DNA of 61,519 bases, counting the filler, from Coriobacteriales bacterium (GTDB lineage: Bacteria; Actinomycetota; Coriobacteriia; Coriobacteriales; UBA8131), in assembly GCA_031263105.1 (NCBI GenBank). It is 7 parts of 7 records of this genome, joined end to end, with 100 filler letters (N's around TTAATTAATTAA, not from the genome) between each part and the next. Parts side by side here need not be neighbours in the genome. Positions count along the whole stretch, not along the records: positions 27,155 to 36,863 come from JAISGJ010000048.1; positions 36,964 to 46,339 come from JAISGJ010000068.1; 5 more parts are not named here. The stretch is one strand, 5' to 3'. Within the stretch, counting starts at the first letter, position 1; every line of letters begins with the position of its first letter. A model generated the notes under the pieces. That model searched no databases and was not told the origin of the DNA. It worked only from the letters and a program-made list of their open reading frames with translations. Shown in pieces: positions 28,713-38,154 of this stretch. The position numbers and the translations under genes were made by a program.

Positions 28713-29100
28713 CGCGTTTCGGAATAAAAGCTATACCGTATTATTCCGCATGATTCTGCGCTTGAGAGAGGGGGTTACTGTTCACGCCCCACTGTCGTCC
28801 CGAGCCCCCACTGTCGTCCCGAGCCCCCACTGTCGTCCCGAGCCCCCACTGTCGTCCCGAGCCCCCACTGTCATCCCGAGCCCCCCACTGTCATTCCGAG
28901 CCCCGCCGAGGAATCCTTGGACACGCAGTGTCCAACGGCAGGCCAGGGGGCCCTTCGGCCTGCGGTCGACCGCTTGCGCGGTCGAAGATCCCTCGGCAGG
29001 CTCGGGATGACAGTGGGGGTGTGAACAAACAGTAACCTAAGGAATGAACCGGTACAGAGAACGCGTTTCGGAATAAAGGCTATACCGCATTATTCCGTAT
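28713..29100. promoter_or_regulatory. duplicated 39-bp operator-like box (28713-28751 and 29062-29100)
   Basis: CGCGTTTCGGAATAAARGCTATACCGYATTATTCCGYAT, 36/39 identical; contains inverted CGGAATAA...TTATTCCG. Confidence 0.7.
28774..29036. mobile_element. MITE-like element copy E8 with six tandem left-arm units
   Basis: GTTAC...GTAAC ends; ACTG recurs at 28791, 28810, 28829, 28848, 28867 and 28887; no 8-bp duplication. Confidence 0.88.
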
Positions 29101-29107
29101 ACACGCA

Positions 29108-29440
29108 TTACCGCTCAGAGTCGATGCGCAGGGACCTCTTCAGCAGGAGGCTGCTGAAATCGATGAGGATGTCCTTGTGCTCTGGCGTGAGGGAGCGAAA
29201 CGAGTGGAGCAGCGCGCTCTCCTCGTGGCACAGAACGCCATTTTGGGGGAGATCAAGAAGGTAGTCGACCGATACCCCGAAATAGCGCGCAAGGACCTTC
29301 AGGGTCTCATAGTCGGCCTCGCGTTCGTTTCGGATGTAGTTCCCAAGCGTCGATGGTGCCATGTTCAGCGCTCTGGCCAGTTCCTTTTGGGAAAGCGAGC
29401 GCTCTTCCAGCAGATTTCTCAGTATGTCGCCAAACTTCAT
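29108..29440 (-). CDS. XRE family HTH regulator
   Basis: MKFGDILRNL, LSQKELA, NYIRNERE, FGVSVDYLL. Confidence 0.9.
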   Translation of the reverse strand: MKFGDILRNLLEERSLSQKELARALNMAPSTLGNYIRNEREADYETLKVLARYFGVSVDYLLDLPQNGVLCHEESALLHSFRSLTPEHKDILIDFSSLLLKRSLRIDSER

Positions 29441-29599
29441 TTCAAGTTCCTCAAAGCAATTATATGAAGCACGCACCTCCTCATTCAGAAATCACTCATT
29501 TTGTGTTTTCCAAACCCAAAATGAGTGGTACACTTACGAACGATGGTACAGGAGTGAGGTTCATGTGAGGCTGCGACAAGGAGACCTTGTCGCCTGACA

Positions 29600-30559
29600 G
29601 TGATGGGGAACCAAATGAACGGACAGACGTATATCGAGGTCAACTACAATCTTGCGTGGCTCGAGCAGTCGATCGCCCAGATACAGAGCTACTCTTGGCT
29701 CTTCGAGTGGGGAATGTACCTGTTCCTCCTCGCGACCGTGGCGATAGCGTTCTGGATATTCTTCGATTCGACGACGAAGAGGAAGAGCGCCAAGGCGCTT
29801 GTTCCGCGCATGGTCTCGATGGTCGGGTTCTTTGCGATCATCCCTGCCTTCATCTTTCGCTTCACGGGCACGGCGGACGGCGTGACCAATTTGGTGAGGC
29901 TGAACGCGGAACCGGGCGCCCCGTATTACCCCGGGCCGATACACTGGAACGTGAAGTGGCTGCTCTCGGGCTATGGCTCGACCATCGCCCTTATCGCCCT
30001 GGCCGGCATACTGATATCCGTCGTCGCCCTGGTCGTCTATGCCAGCACCGTTCAGCGTGCCAGGCCGTCCACCGAGTTCGTGTCGGCCCTCAACAACAAG
30101 TTCTCCGAGCTCGAGCGTCAGGTGGGCTCGGTCAAGCAGGGCACGGCCTCCTCCTACCAGACGTCCGGGCCTGCCGGTCAAGGTGCAGGCTCCAATGTGT
30201 CCAACGCAGCGACCATATTCGACCGCAAGCCCCAGGCCGCGACGATCATCGACAAGCCCCAGAGCATTGCGATGCTCACCGTCCTCAGCGGAAGCAACCG
30301 TGGGCAGATACACCGGCTGCCCGCAGGCGACGTCAAGGTCGGTCGCGGCTCGACGAACTACATAGCCTTGGACGATGAGAAGGCGTCGCGCGAGCATGCG
30401 AAGCTTTTGTACAACGGCGGCTCCTGGGTGGTCTTCGACCTCGGAAGCGCGAACGGCACCTATCTGAACGACCGCCCGGTCAGCGGGCAGGAGCCGATCA
30501 ATACCGGCGACACCCTTCGCATGGGAGACAGCAGCCTGCAGTTCAGCAAAACCGGGTAG
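29600..30559 (+). CDS. membrane protein with a C-terminal FHA domain
   Basis: Three TM helices; VGRG, SREHA, DLGSANGTYLN. Confidence 0.9.
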   Translation: MMGNQMNGQTYIEVNYNLAWLEQSIAQIQSYSWLFEWGMYLFLLATVAIAFWIFFDSTTKRKSAKALVPRMVSMVGFFAIIPAFIFRFTGTADGVTNLVRLNAEPGAPYYPGPIHWNVKWLLSGYGSTIALIALAGILISVVALVVYASTVQRARPSTEFVSALNNKFSELERQVGSVKQGTASSYQTSGPAGQGAGSNVSNAATIFDRKPQAATIIDKPQSIAMLTVLSGSNRGQIHRLPAGDVKVGRGSTNYIALDDEKASREHAKLLYNGGSWVVFDLGSANGTYLNDRPVSGQEPINTGDTLRMGDSSLQFSKTG

Positions 30560-30566
30560 GGCACCC

Positions 30567-32816
30567 ATGGAACCCAACGAGCCTCTTGGGCGCACCGCCG
30601 CTGCACTGCTTGCGCGAGCGGGGCGCGGCATTGCTGCTGCCGTCTTGTCGGTGACGCTTGTTGCAGGGCTGACGCTCGGACTCTCTCCCGTCCACCCGGC
30701 ACGTGCCGAGCAGGGTGTGCCTGCCTCGCGGCCGAGCGTGCTCCTGATAGACTCGTCGCTCGGCGACTTCGACGCGTTCAGCTTGCACTGGCTGGGCGAA
30801 GACGTCACGGAGGTCGCGAACGAGGGGGGCCTCAGCCTTCTGACCTCTGAGAATCCCGCTTGGTGGGGGGCATCGCCTGTCGAAGGGGCGGGGGATGAAG
30901 TCGGTACGCCGGAGGTCGAGTCTGTCACCGGGGCTGCCGCCGAGCCCGTCCCCGCCGCCGGGGCCGCCAGCGGGGCCTCCGCGCCTGCGACCTTCCTGCT
31001 GGGGAGCTCCGCGCAACAGCCGGTCGCTGCGGCCGACATCGTGTGGGCGCTTGACGAGATCGCCGCTTCCGGCGCCAACCCCAAGACCTTCATCGTGGCC
31101 TCGGGCGCCAGCGGCCTGCAGGCACGGTTGTATGTCGAGGACCTTGCCGATGCCAGGCAGAGCGCGCGTGCAGACATCGTAGGGATTGCCTTTCTCGGAA
31201 CCGCGCATCAGGGCTACAGCGCTGCGACGGCGTACCCGAAGCTCCCGTTATGGGGCGAGCTCGCTGCGGCATCGGGGCTTGAGGCCGACGACGTGGTGCC
31301 GGGGAGCGCGTTCCTGAACGACCTGAACAGCGCGCCCTTCCCCAACATCGTAAAGGCGCTCCAGATAAACGGCCAGATCGGCGACATGGGCTTCGGCTTC
31401 ACCGACGGGGCCGCGTTGCAGTCCGACATGGCCTTGCCCGGCGAGGTGAGCACGCAGGTGCAGAGCGCCCTGTCACGGGCGACCGTCTCCCAGAGGCTGG
31501 GGCTTTCTGCCCTGTGGCTGCCGTACTCCCAGACGCTCGACAACGAGTTCGTGCCTGTGGACGCCAACGTCGCCGAGAGGCTCTCCGCCATGGACTGCTA
31601 CGTGACCTCTGCGGAGGTCAAGATGCAGGTCAAGGAGTTCTACGAGGCCTGGTTCGCCGACGGCGCCCCCGTGACGCACATCTCGTCGGTCCTCACGCTC
31701 GACCTGTCGGGCAGCATGCGCGAGGTGCTCGAAGGCGGGACGACCCGGCTGGATGCCGCAAAGGCGGCGGCCCAGGACTACATGCAGGCGGTCGACGTAA
31801 GGGGCAAGACGAGCTACGCCGTGCCCACGGACGTGACGGTGCTCGGCTTCAACACGAGTGTGAGCACGCTTGCCACCGGGAGCGATGCCGGAGCAAGAGC
31901 TGCGCTCGACGGGATAGATGCGACGGACGAGACCGATATCGGCCAGGCCCTGCGGGCCTCCCTGGATGCCTTGGGCAGCGCGTCCGTCAGCACGGAGAGG
32001 CGCATCCTGTTCCTCTCGGACGGCGCGAGCACCCAGGGGGAGAGCAACGTCGAGATCATGGCGGGCGCCGTCGGCGACGCCAAGGCCTCGGGGGTGGTCA
32101 TCGACACCGTCGCGTTCGGCACCATGGGCGAGTCGGACGTCGATTTCCTGAAGGAGGTCGCCGCCAGCACGGGAGGGGACTTCTACGAGTCCACCGACAC
32201 CTACGGCCTCAAGGTCAGCTTCCTCAAGGCCTACTATACCTCGCTCGGCCTGAACCTGCTCGATTCCGAGGTGGCGCCTTCGGCGGGGGCCGCACTGGCG
32301 CTCGGCGACCTTGACGGCGGCACCCGCTCGTTGGAGGTCGGCGTGTTGGCAGACGGCGAGACGCCCGGCCTTGCGCTGCTTCGCGACGGCGAGGAGATGG
32401 GCGAGGACTCCTACTCGGTGCAGACGGACAGCGACGGCCTCCTGACCTTGCAGCTGGAGCACCCTGCCCCCGGCGCGTACTCGCTCGTCCTCAACGGCTC
32501 GGCGGACCGCGCCCATGTGTTCGTCGTCGGGCAGCTCGACCTGTTCAGGACCGTCGATACGAGCGTCGAGGCGACGGACATCTCGTTGCCTCTCCTCGTC
32601 GGCGTCGGCATAGCGCTTGTCGTCGGCCTGGCGGCGCTCGTCGTCTTTGGGAGAAGGCCTCCCAAGGAGCCTGCGCCCCTTCTCGCCGATACGGGGACTG
32701 AAGGCCTTTCGGCTGTTGGTGGTGGGGAGGCAAGGGATTTTCCGCCATTCAGCCAAGGTGGGCTCGAAGCGCAAGGCGAACTCGAAGCGCATGACGAGGA
32801 AACGGCGGTCGAATGA
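30567..32816 (+). CDS. exported, membrane-anchored protein: degenerate alpha/beta-hydrolase domain plus vWA
   Basis: Signal peptide; IVASGASGLQAR, LGTAHQG and PGSAFLNDLN lipase-like motifs; MIDAS DLSGSM and LSDG; C-terminal TM. Confidence 0.8.
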   Translation: MEPNEPLGRTAAALLARAGRGIAAAVLSVTLVAGLTLGLSPVHPARAEQGVPASRPSVLLIDSSLGDFDAFSLHWLGEDVTEVANEGGLSLLTSENPAWWGASPVEGAGDEVGTPEVESVTGAAAEPVPAAGAASGASAPATFLLGSSAQQPVAAADIVWALDEIAASGANPKTFIVASGASGLQARLYVEDLADARQSARADIVGIAFLGTAHQGYSAATAYPKLPLWGELAAASGLEADDVVPGSAFLNDLNSAPFPNIVKALQINGQIGDMGFGFTDGAALQSDMALPGEVSTQVQSALSRATVSQRLGLSALWLPYSQTLDNEFVPVDANVAERLSAMDCYVTSAEVKMQVKEFYEAWFADGAPVTHISSVLTLDLSGSMREVLEGGTTRLDAAKAAAQDYMQAVDVRGKTSYAVPTDVTVLGFNTSVSTLATGSDAGARAALDGIDATDETDIGQALRASLDALGSASVSTERRILFLSDGASTQGESNVEIMAGAVGDAKASGVVIDTVAFGTMGESDVDFLKEVAASTGGDFYESTDTYGLKVSFLKAYYTSLGLNLLDSEVAPSAGAALALGDLDGGTRSLEVGVLADGETPGLALLRDGEEMGEDSYSVQTDSDGLLTLQLEHPAPGAYSLVLNGSADRAHVFVVGQLDLFRTVDTSVEATDISLPLLVGVGIALVVGLAALVVFGRRPPKEPAPLLADTGTEGLSAVGGGEARDFPPFSQGGLEAQGELEAHDEETAVE

Positions 32817-33907
32817 AGGTCGCCGGATTCTCGACAGCGGGCCCACGACCGGCAAACGAAGACAGCTACTACGTCCTCGACTTCTCGGACGTGCAGTCGT
32901 TCTCTGAGGGGATATCCGCGTTCATCATGGTGAGCGACGGCATGGGAGGGCACGACGGCGGCGACGTCGCGAGCAGGCTTGCGGTCCAGGCCGCAGAGAC
33001 CTACCTGCAGCAGCTGCTTGCAATGGCCGAGGAGCATCAGGTGGAGCTGGACGTCCCGCTCGCATTCAAAGAGATAGTCGAGAACGCCAACGAGGCCATC
33101 GGCTGTGAGATGCAGGTGCGTGGCAACACCGGCATGGGGGCGACCTTCGTGGGGGCCTTCCTCAGCTCCCGCAAGGCATGGGTGGCCCACGTCGGGGACA
33201 GCCGCGCCTATCTCATCCATCGGGGCGCGGCACGGCAGCTGACGAAGGATCATTCCGCCGTGGGGAGGCTGCTCAGCGAGGGCCTGATAACGGAGAGGCA
33301 GGCCCAGGAGCACCCCGAACGCAACGTCATAGAGCGCGCCCTCGGCTTTACCGACGGCGACCCTGAGATAACCGAGGTCACGCTGGCGCGCGGAGATGCG
33401 CTCCTGCTCTGCAGCGACGGGGTCTCCACGGTGCTGGATGCCCAGATGCTGGCCGACAGCGTCATGCGCGCGGCAAGCGTCGAGGCGACCGCCGAGGACG
33501 TCGTCGCCCTGGCCCTGAAAAGGAACACCGACGACAACGCGACCGCAGTGGTCGCCGTGGCGAACTGGAGCTCCCTGAAGGCCTCTGCCCCACGGGAGGG
33601 ACTGCTGGGACGCTTTCGCAGAGGCTCGGCCCCCAGGCCTGCGTCGGGCAGGGCGAACAGGCCGTCGAGGCGGCGGCCGGCCGGCGGCACGCCCCCTTTT
33701 GACCATGGCGCATCACCAAGGAGCGGCCACGGCATGCCCCCAAGGGGCAGGAGGCCGAACCGGGCGGCCGTGCTCCTGATCGTGCTCTTGGCCCTGGTCG
33801 TGGTCCTTGCCGCCGCCTTCGCCGCAGGCTTCCTGTTCGGCGGTGGCCTTGAGAGCCCTCCTCCTGCTGTCGAGCCTCCCATCGAAGCCGAGTCCCTGAA
33901 TGTTTGA
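32813..33907 (+). CDS. PP2C/Stp1 Ser/Thr phosphatase with a C-terminal TM
   Basis: RPANED, SDGMGG, HVGDSRAY, LTKDHS, CSDG, DDNAT. Confidence 0.94.
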   Translation: MKVAGFSTAGPRPANEDSYYVLDFSDVQSFSEGISAFIMVSDGMGGHDGGDVASRLAVQAAETYLQQLLAMAEEHQVELDVPLAFKEIVENANEAIGCEMQVRGNTGMGATFVGAFLSSRKAWVAHVGDSRAYLIHRGAARQLTKDHSAVGRLLSEGLITERQAQEHPERNVIERALGFTDGDPEITEVTLARGDALLLCSDGVSTVLDAQMLADSVMRAASVEATAEDVVALALKRNTDDNATAVVAVANWSSLKASAPREGLLGRFRRGSAPRPASGRANRPSRRRPAGGTPPFDHGASPRSGHGMPPRGRRPNRAAVLLIVLLALVVVLAAAFAAGFLFGGGLESPPPAVEPPIEAESLNV

Positions 33908-33943
33908 GCGGCGCAAGGTGCCCGAGAGAATCCGACAGGGGGA

Positions 33944-34462
33944 ATGAGAACCATGGACCCGAACTCCAACTCCAACTCGAACAAGATAATCGCCATAGTC
34001 TTCGGCGCGCTGGTCGTGCTGCTGCTCGTCATCTTCTTCACCGCGAACGCCGGCAGCGGCGGCGGAGGCGGCGGTGCTCCGGCCGGGGGTGGAGAGCCGA
34101 GCAGCGAAACACCTGCGCCGGGGTCGTCCCAGCAAACGGCTCCGAGCCAAACCACGCCAACGACTCCGTCAGAGGGGGAAGGGGAGGCGATTCAGCTGAG
34201 CGGCCTTCCGACTGTGCGCACTGCGACCGACGAGGAAAAGGGGCAGATACTCCCGCATGCAGAAAAGCTGATCGAGGGCGAGCATCCAGATTTCCAAGGG
34301 GTCGTTCCGGATGTGACCGCTTCCGTGATGAACGGAGAGACGATTTTATATGCTCGCTATGAGGGTACGCCGTTTGAGCCTTCTCCAGGTGTCTCGATAG
34401 AGAACACGCTCATCGTGATGTTGAACCCGAATGGGGAGGTGTCAGTTGCTCTCTCGAATTAG
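33944..34462 (+). CDS. membrane-anchored hypothetical protein
   Basis: N-terminal TM, Gly/Pro/Ser linker, small globular domain. Confidence 0.7.
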   Translation: MRTMDPNSNSNSNKIIAIVFGALVVLLLVIFFTANAGSGGGGGGAPAGGGEPSSETPAPGSSQQTAPSQTTPTTPSEGEGEAIQLSGLPTVRTATDEEKGQILPHAEKLIEGEHPDFQGVVPDVTASVMNGETILYARYEGTPFEPSPGVSIENTLIVMLNPNGEVSVALSN

Positions 34463-36677
34463 CGGATTGATAGGTCGCATCGTCCGAAAAGGGCGGTTAC
34501 GTCGCGTCGCACTCAGTGTCTGTCTGAGCATCGCGCTTGTCTCCACCATGATTTCGTTGGGGCTTTTTGTGCCTGCAGACGCGCTCGTGGACGGCAAGGT
34601 GGTGCTCGTGGTCACCAAGGTCGACTTGGTCGCGCAGCGCATCGGCCTGTCAGAAGACGAGGTGACAGCACAGCTTTCCAAAATAGGCGATGTGGTCGAT
34701 GTGCCGGACCACATCGCAGACCAACAGGATGTCCGAGACCTTATCAAACAAGAGGCCGACAAGCGCAACGTCAGTGCCATCCAGATTATCGGCGACTACA
34801 ACATCATTCGTTCAAACTTGATTTGGAACCCTGCTCAGGATGGTGACGATGATATCGATACCGACGACCTGTACGCGGACTTCGATGGAGACAATAAAGC
34901 CGATGTCCCCATAGTGCGTTTGCCTCTGGGAACCAATGCCGATATCTGGAATGCACAGTTTAAGCGGATAAAAGGGGGTTACGAGAAGGGATTGTCACAT
35001 GAGCTGAATAATCCGGCAGGTGGCAGAAACGATCTTTGGGCAAAGGTAGTCAATGCCATGGGGGCTGGCGTGCAGATGCAGAACTCAGAACCTGTGGGCT
35101 TGCCGGGCAATCCCGCAGATTTGCCGAGCGATTCGTACATGACGGCAATCCTTCTGCATGGGGACGACACTGACTGTACGCAATGGTGGGGCGAGTACGT
35201 GACATCCAGAGGCAAGGCCGGGTTGCCCGTAGGCATGAATCAGGCCTTCGCTGATTTTGACGGCATGGTATACAGCGCTGCCTGTTATGGCGCCTATATC
35301 AACGGCAAGACCCAGGCGGAGTCCTTGGCCTTGACAATTTTGCTGAACGGGGCCCAGTGCTTCATTGGCTCTACGAGGATGTCATATAGCGCTGACGGCT
35401 TAAACGGAAACACCGTGATTCCCATTAAAATGTCGGAAGAATTGAGCAAAGACGCTGATCCCCTTGCTGCTTATTATGCCGGAAAGATGAGGTATTACGA
35501 GGACACAAGCGGCAATGTGGTAAATGGCAAGATGCGCCTCCAGTACCAATACTACGGTCTTGTTCCGTCAAAGTACTGGAAGGAGAGTGTCGCCACCTCG
35601 CTTGTGTTCGATCTTTCAACTTCTATGGACGAAGGTTCTGCGTATGGCAACAACTCGAAGATTTCGGCCGCTAAGGAGCAGGGCAGGGTATTCGTTGCAA
35701 GCATGGAAAGCCAAGCGGAGCACAGCGCCTCAACGCTTGATGTAGGGGTCGTGAGCTTTTCCGGTTCCTCCGGGGTAGACATCGAATTGTCAAGTGATTA
35801 TGGAGCGGTGACCTCTGCGATAGCCGGTCTCGACACTATCGGAGGAACGAATATCTACGCAGGGCTCAACGAGGGCATAAGGCAGCTGGAAAGTGTTGCG
35901 GGGCAAAAGATAATGGTCTTCCTGTCCGACGGCATGGACACGGCCGGGAACAGCGACTCGTCCATTTTGGACCTGGCACAGCAGGCCGCAGACAAGGGGA
36001 TAAGGATATACACCATTGGATTCGGGGCTTCCGGCGACCTCAATGAAAGCCTTTTGGAGCAGATTGCATCGATTACGGGAGGCGCATACGCGCACGAGGA
36101 TCCCTCTTCGGTGACGAGCGCCGCCGTGGGCATATTCGCGATGATGACGAAGGCGCAGCTCTCGGCGACCTCGCAGGTGCTTGCCGACCACATGGGTACC
36201 GTCGCCCAGGGCGAGACCGTCGATGCGGGCGACTTCGTGGTCGAAGGGCACGGCGACATCCAAACGACAATCTATTGGCCGGGCAGCACGCTCGACCTGA
36301 AGCTTACCGACCCTCTCGGCGCAGCGGTCCAGGAGGGCTATCCCGGCTACAGCGTCCAGACCGAGGGCACCCTGACGCAGGTCCATGTCGAAGGCGCCAA
36401 GGAGGGCCAATGGAACATGTCCGTGTACGGGGCGGACGTCTCCATGCCAGAGGAGCCCTACTACGTCATAACGGCATTCAACGAGACCGAAGGCGAGACC
36501 GAGGCCCCGCAGACGGTCGTGGCGGGCGGAGGCGCCCAGGACGACGGGTCGGGCCTGCTCCTCTTCGTGGTGGTCGCCGCAATCGCCGCGCTTGGCGGGG
36601 TCTTCGCGTACAGCGTGCGCAACAAAGAAAGTGGCGAGAAAGGCGATGGCCATCGAGACGGAATGACGGGACTATGA
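34431..36677 (+). CDS. exported peptidase C25 (gingipain)-like domain plus vWA and C-terminal TM
   Basis: IIGD, TDDLYADFDGDNKADVPIVRLP, LLHGD, SAACYGA, FIGSTRMSY; MIDAS DLSTSM and FLSDG; start uncertain. Confidence 0.75.
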   Translation: MGRCQLLSRISGLIGRIVRKGRLRRVALSVCLSIALVSTMISLGLFVPADALVDGKVVLVVTKVDLVAQRIGLSEDEVTAQLSKIGDVVDVPDHIADQQDVRDLIKQEADKRNVSAIQIIGDYNIIRSNLIWNPAQDGDDDIDTDDLYADFDGDNKADVPIVRLPLGTNADIWNAQFKRIKGGYEKGLSHELNNPAGGRNDLWAKVVNAMGAGVQMQNSEPVGLPGNPADLPSDSYMTAILLHGDDTDCTQWWGEYVTSRGKAGLPVGMNQAFADFDGMVYSAACYGAYINGKTQAESLALTILLNGAQCFIGSTRMSYSADGLNGNTVIPIKMSEELSKDADPLAAYYAGKMRYYEDTSGNVVNGKMRLQYQYYGLVPSKYWKESVATSLVFDLSTSMDEGSAYGNNSKISAAKEQGRVFVASMESQAEHSASTLDVGVVSFSGSSGVDIELSSDYGAVTSAIAGLDTIGGTNIYAGLNEGIRQLESVAGQKIMVFLSDGMDTAGNSDSSILDLAQQAADKGIRIYTIGFGASGDLNESLLEQIASITGGAYAHEDPSSVTSAAVGIFAMMTKAQLSATSQVLADHMGTVAQGETVDAGDFVVEGHGDIQTTIYWPGSTLDLKLTDPLGAAVQEGYPGYSVQTEGTLTQVHVEGAKEGQWNMSVYGADVSMPEEPYYVITAFNETEGETEAPQTVVAGGGAQDDGSGLLLFVVVAAIAALGGVFAYSVRNKESGEKGDGHRDGMTGL

Positions 36678-36678
36678 C

Positions 36679-36863
36679 GTTACTGTGTTCACACCCCACC
36701 GCCACCCCGGCCCAGCCGCCCGCAGCCGCCCCGGCCCAGCCGCCCGCTGCCGCCCCGGCCCAGCCGCCCGCTGCCGCCCCGGCCCAGCCGCCCGCTGCCT
36801 CCCCGGCCCAGCCGCCCGCTGTCACCCCGGCCCAGCCGCCCGCTGTCACCCCGGCCCAGCCGC
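36679..36863. repeat. element left end followed by a 24-bp tandem repeat (about 6.8 units, 36701-36863) (E9)
   Basis: GTTACTGTGTTCACACCCCAC, then GYCNCCCCGGCCCAGCCGCCCGCT units up to the gap. Confidence 0.85.
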
Positions 36864-36963
36864 NNNNNNNNNNNNNNNNNNNNNNNNNNNNNNNNNNNNN
36901 NNNNNNNTTAATTAATTAANNNNNNNNNNNNNNNNNNNNNNNNNNNNNNNNNNNNNNNNNNNN
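36864..36963. other. artificial contig spacer
   Basis: N/TTAATTAATTAA/N. Confidence 0.99.
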
Positions 36964-37071
36964 ACCGTAACTGGCGGATGCGGGCAAAGCGGATGCGGGC
37001 AAAGCGGGACGGGAGCGGCAGGGGCCTTCCTTTTATGGTAGGCTGATAGGTCTCCCGTGAAAGGATGGACT

Positions 37072-38154
37072 ATGAACAGGAAAGACCTCGAGTTCCTCAA
37101 GAGCCTCACGGAGGCTCCTTCCCCCAGCGGCTACGAGACGCCTGCTGCGGCCCTGTTCCGTGCGCGCATGGAAGGCGTGGCGGACAGCGTCGAGACGAAC
37201 GTCCTCGGAAGCGTCCATGCGACCCTCAAAGGCAGGAAGGGCGCACCGAGCGTCATGGTCGCCGGCCACCTCGACGAGGTCGGGATGATGGTCACCTACA
37301 TCGACGACAAGGGCTTCGTCAGCTTCGATGCCATCGGCGGCGTGGATGCCGCCATCCTCCCCGGCATGCGGGTGAACCTCTACGCGACGGGCACGGACCC
37401 CGCCGCCCCGACCCTGCTGCGCGGCGTCATGGGGCGCATGCCCATCCACCTCATCGATCCCGACGAGCGCAAGAACGTCACGAAGATGGACAAGCTGTTC
37501 ATCGACGTGGGGCTCACGTCCGACGAGGCGAGGAAGCGCATCCGCATAGGCGACCCCATCACCTACGGCGTGGGCTTCGAGTCCTACGGCGACGGGTTCG
37601 CGGTGGCGCGCGCCTTCGACGACAAGATAGGCGTCTGGATAGCCGCGCGCGTGCTCGAAGAGGTGAAGAAGGCCGGAGGCGCCGCCGGCGACCTCGTCGC
37701 GGCGGGCACCGTCCAAGAGGAGATCGGTCTGCGCGGCGGCGTGACGAGCGCCTACGGGGTCGATCCCCTCATCGGCATCAGCGCCGAGGTCGGCCATGCC
37801 ACCGACTACCCCGGCATAGACAAGGCGAAGCATGGCGAGGCGACGTGCGGGGGCGGCCCCCTCATCGCGCGCGGCCCCAACATCAACCCCGTGCTCTTCG
37901 AGCGCATGGTCAAGGCCGCCGAGGACACGAAGCGCCCCTACCAGATAGGTCCCGAGCCCCGTGCGACCGGCACCGACGCCAACGCCATCCAGCTCTCCCG
38001 TGGCGGCAAGGTAGCCGGCCTCATCTCCGTCCCTTTGCGCTACATGCACACCCCGACCGAGGTGCTCAAGCTCGACGACCTCGACACGGCGGTCAAGATA
38101 CTCGCCCGCTTCGTCCTGGACCTGGATGGCACGGTTGACTTCACGCCACGATAA
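37072..38154 (+). CDS. M42 family aminopeptidase
   Basis: PSGYE, AGHLDEVG, AFDDK, QEEIGLRG, GTDA, RYMHTPTE. Confidence 0.95.
   Translation: MNRKDLEFLKSLTEAPSPSGYETPAAALFRARMEGVADSVETNVLGSVHATLKGRKGAPSVMVAGHLDEVGMMVTYIDDKGFVSFDAIGGVDAAILPGMRVNLYATGTDPAAPTLLRGVMGRMPIHLIDPDERKNVTKMDKLFIDVGLTSDEARKRIRIGDPITYGVGFESYGDGFAVARAFDDKIGVWIAARVLEEVKKAGGAAGDLVAAGTVQEEIGLRGGVTSAYGVDPLIGISAEVGHATDYPGIDKAKHGEATCGGGPLIARGPNINPVLFERMVKAAEDTKRPYQIGPEPRATGTDANAIQLSRGGKVAGLISVPLRYMHTPTEVLKLDDLDTAVKILARFVLDLDGTVDFTPR

Noticed and set aside
28787..28900. Short repeat arrays (also 46440-46538, 52741-52864, 36701-36863) as CRISPR arrays
   Set aside because: The units are head-to-tail with no unique spacers, derive from element arms, and no cas genes are visible.
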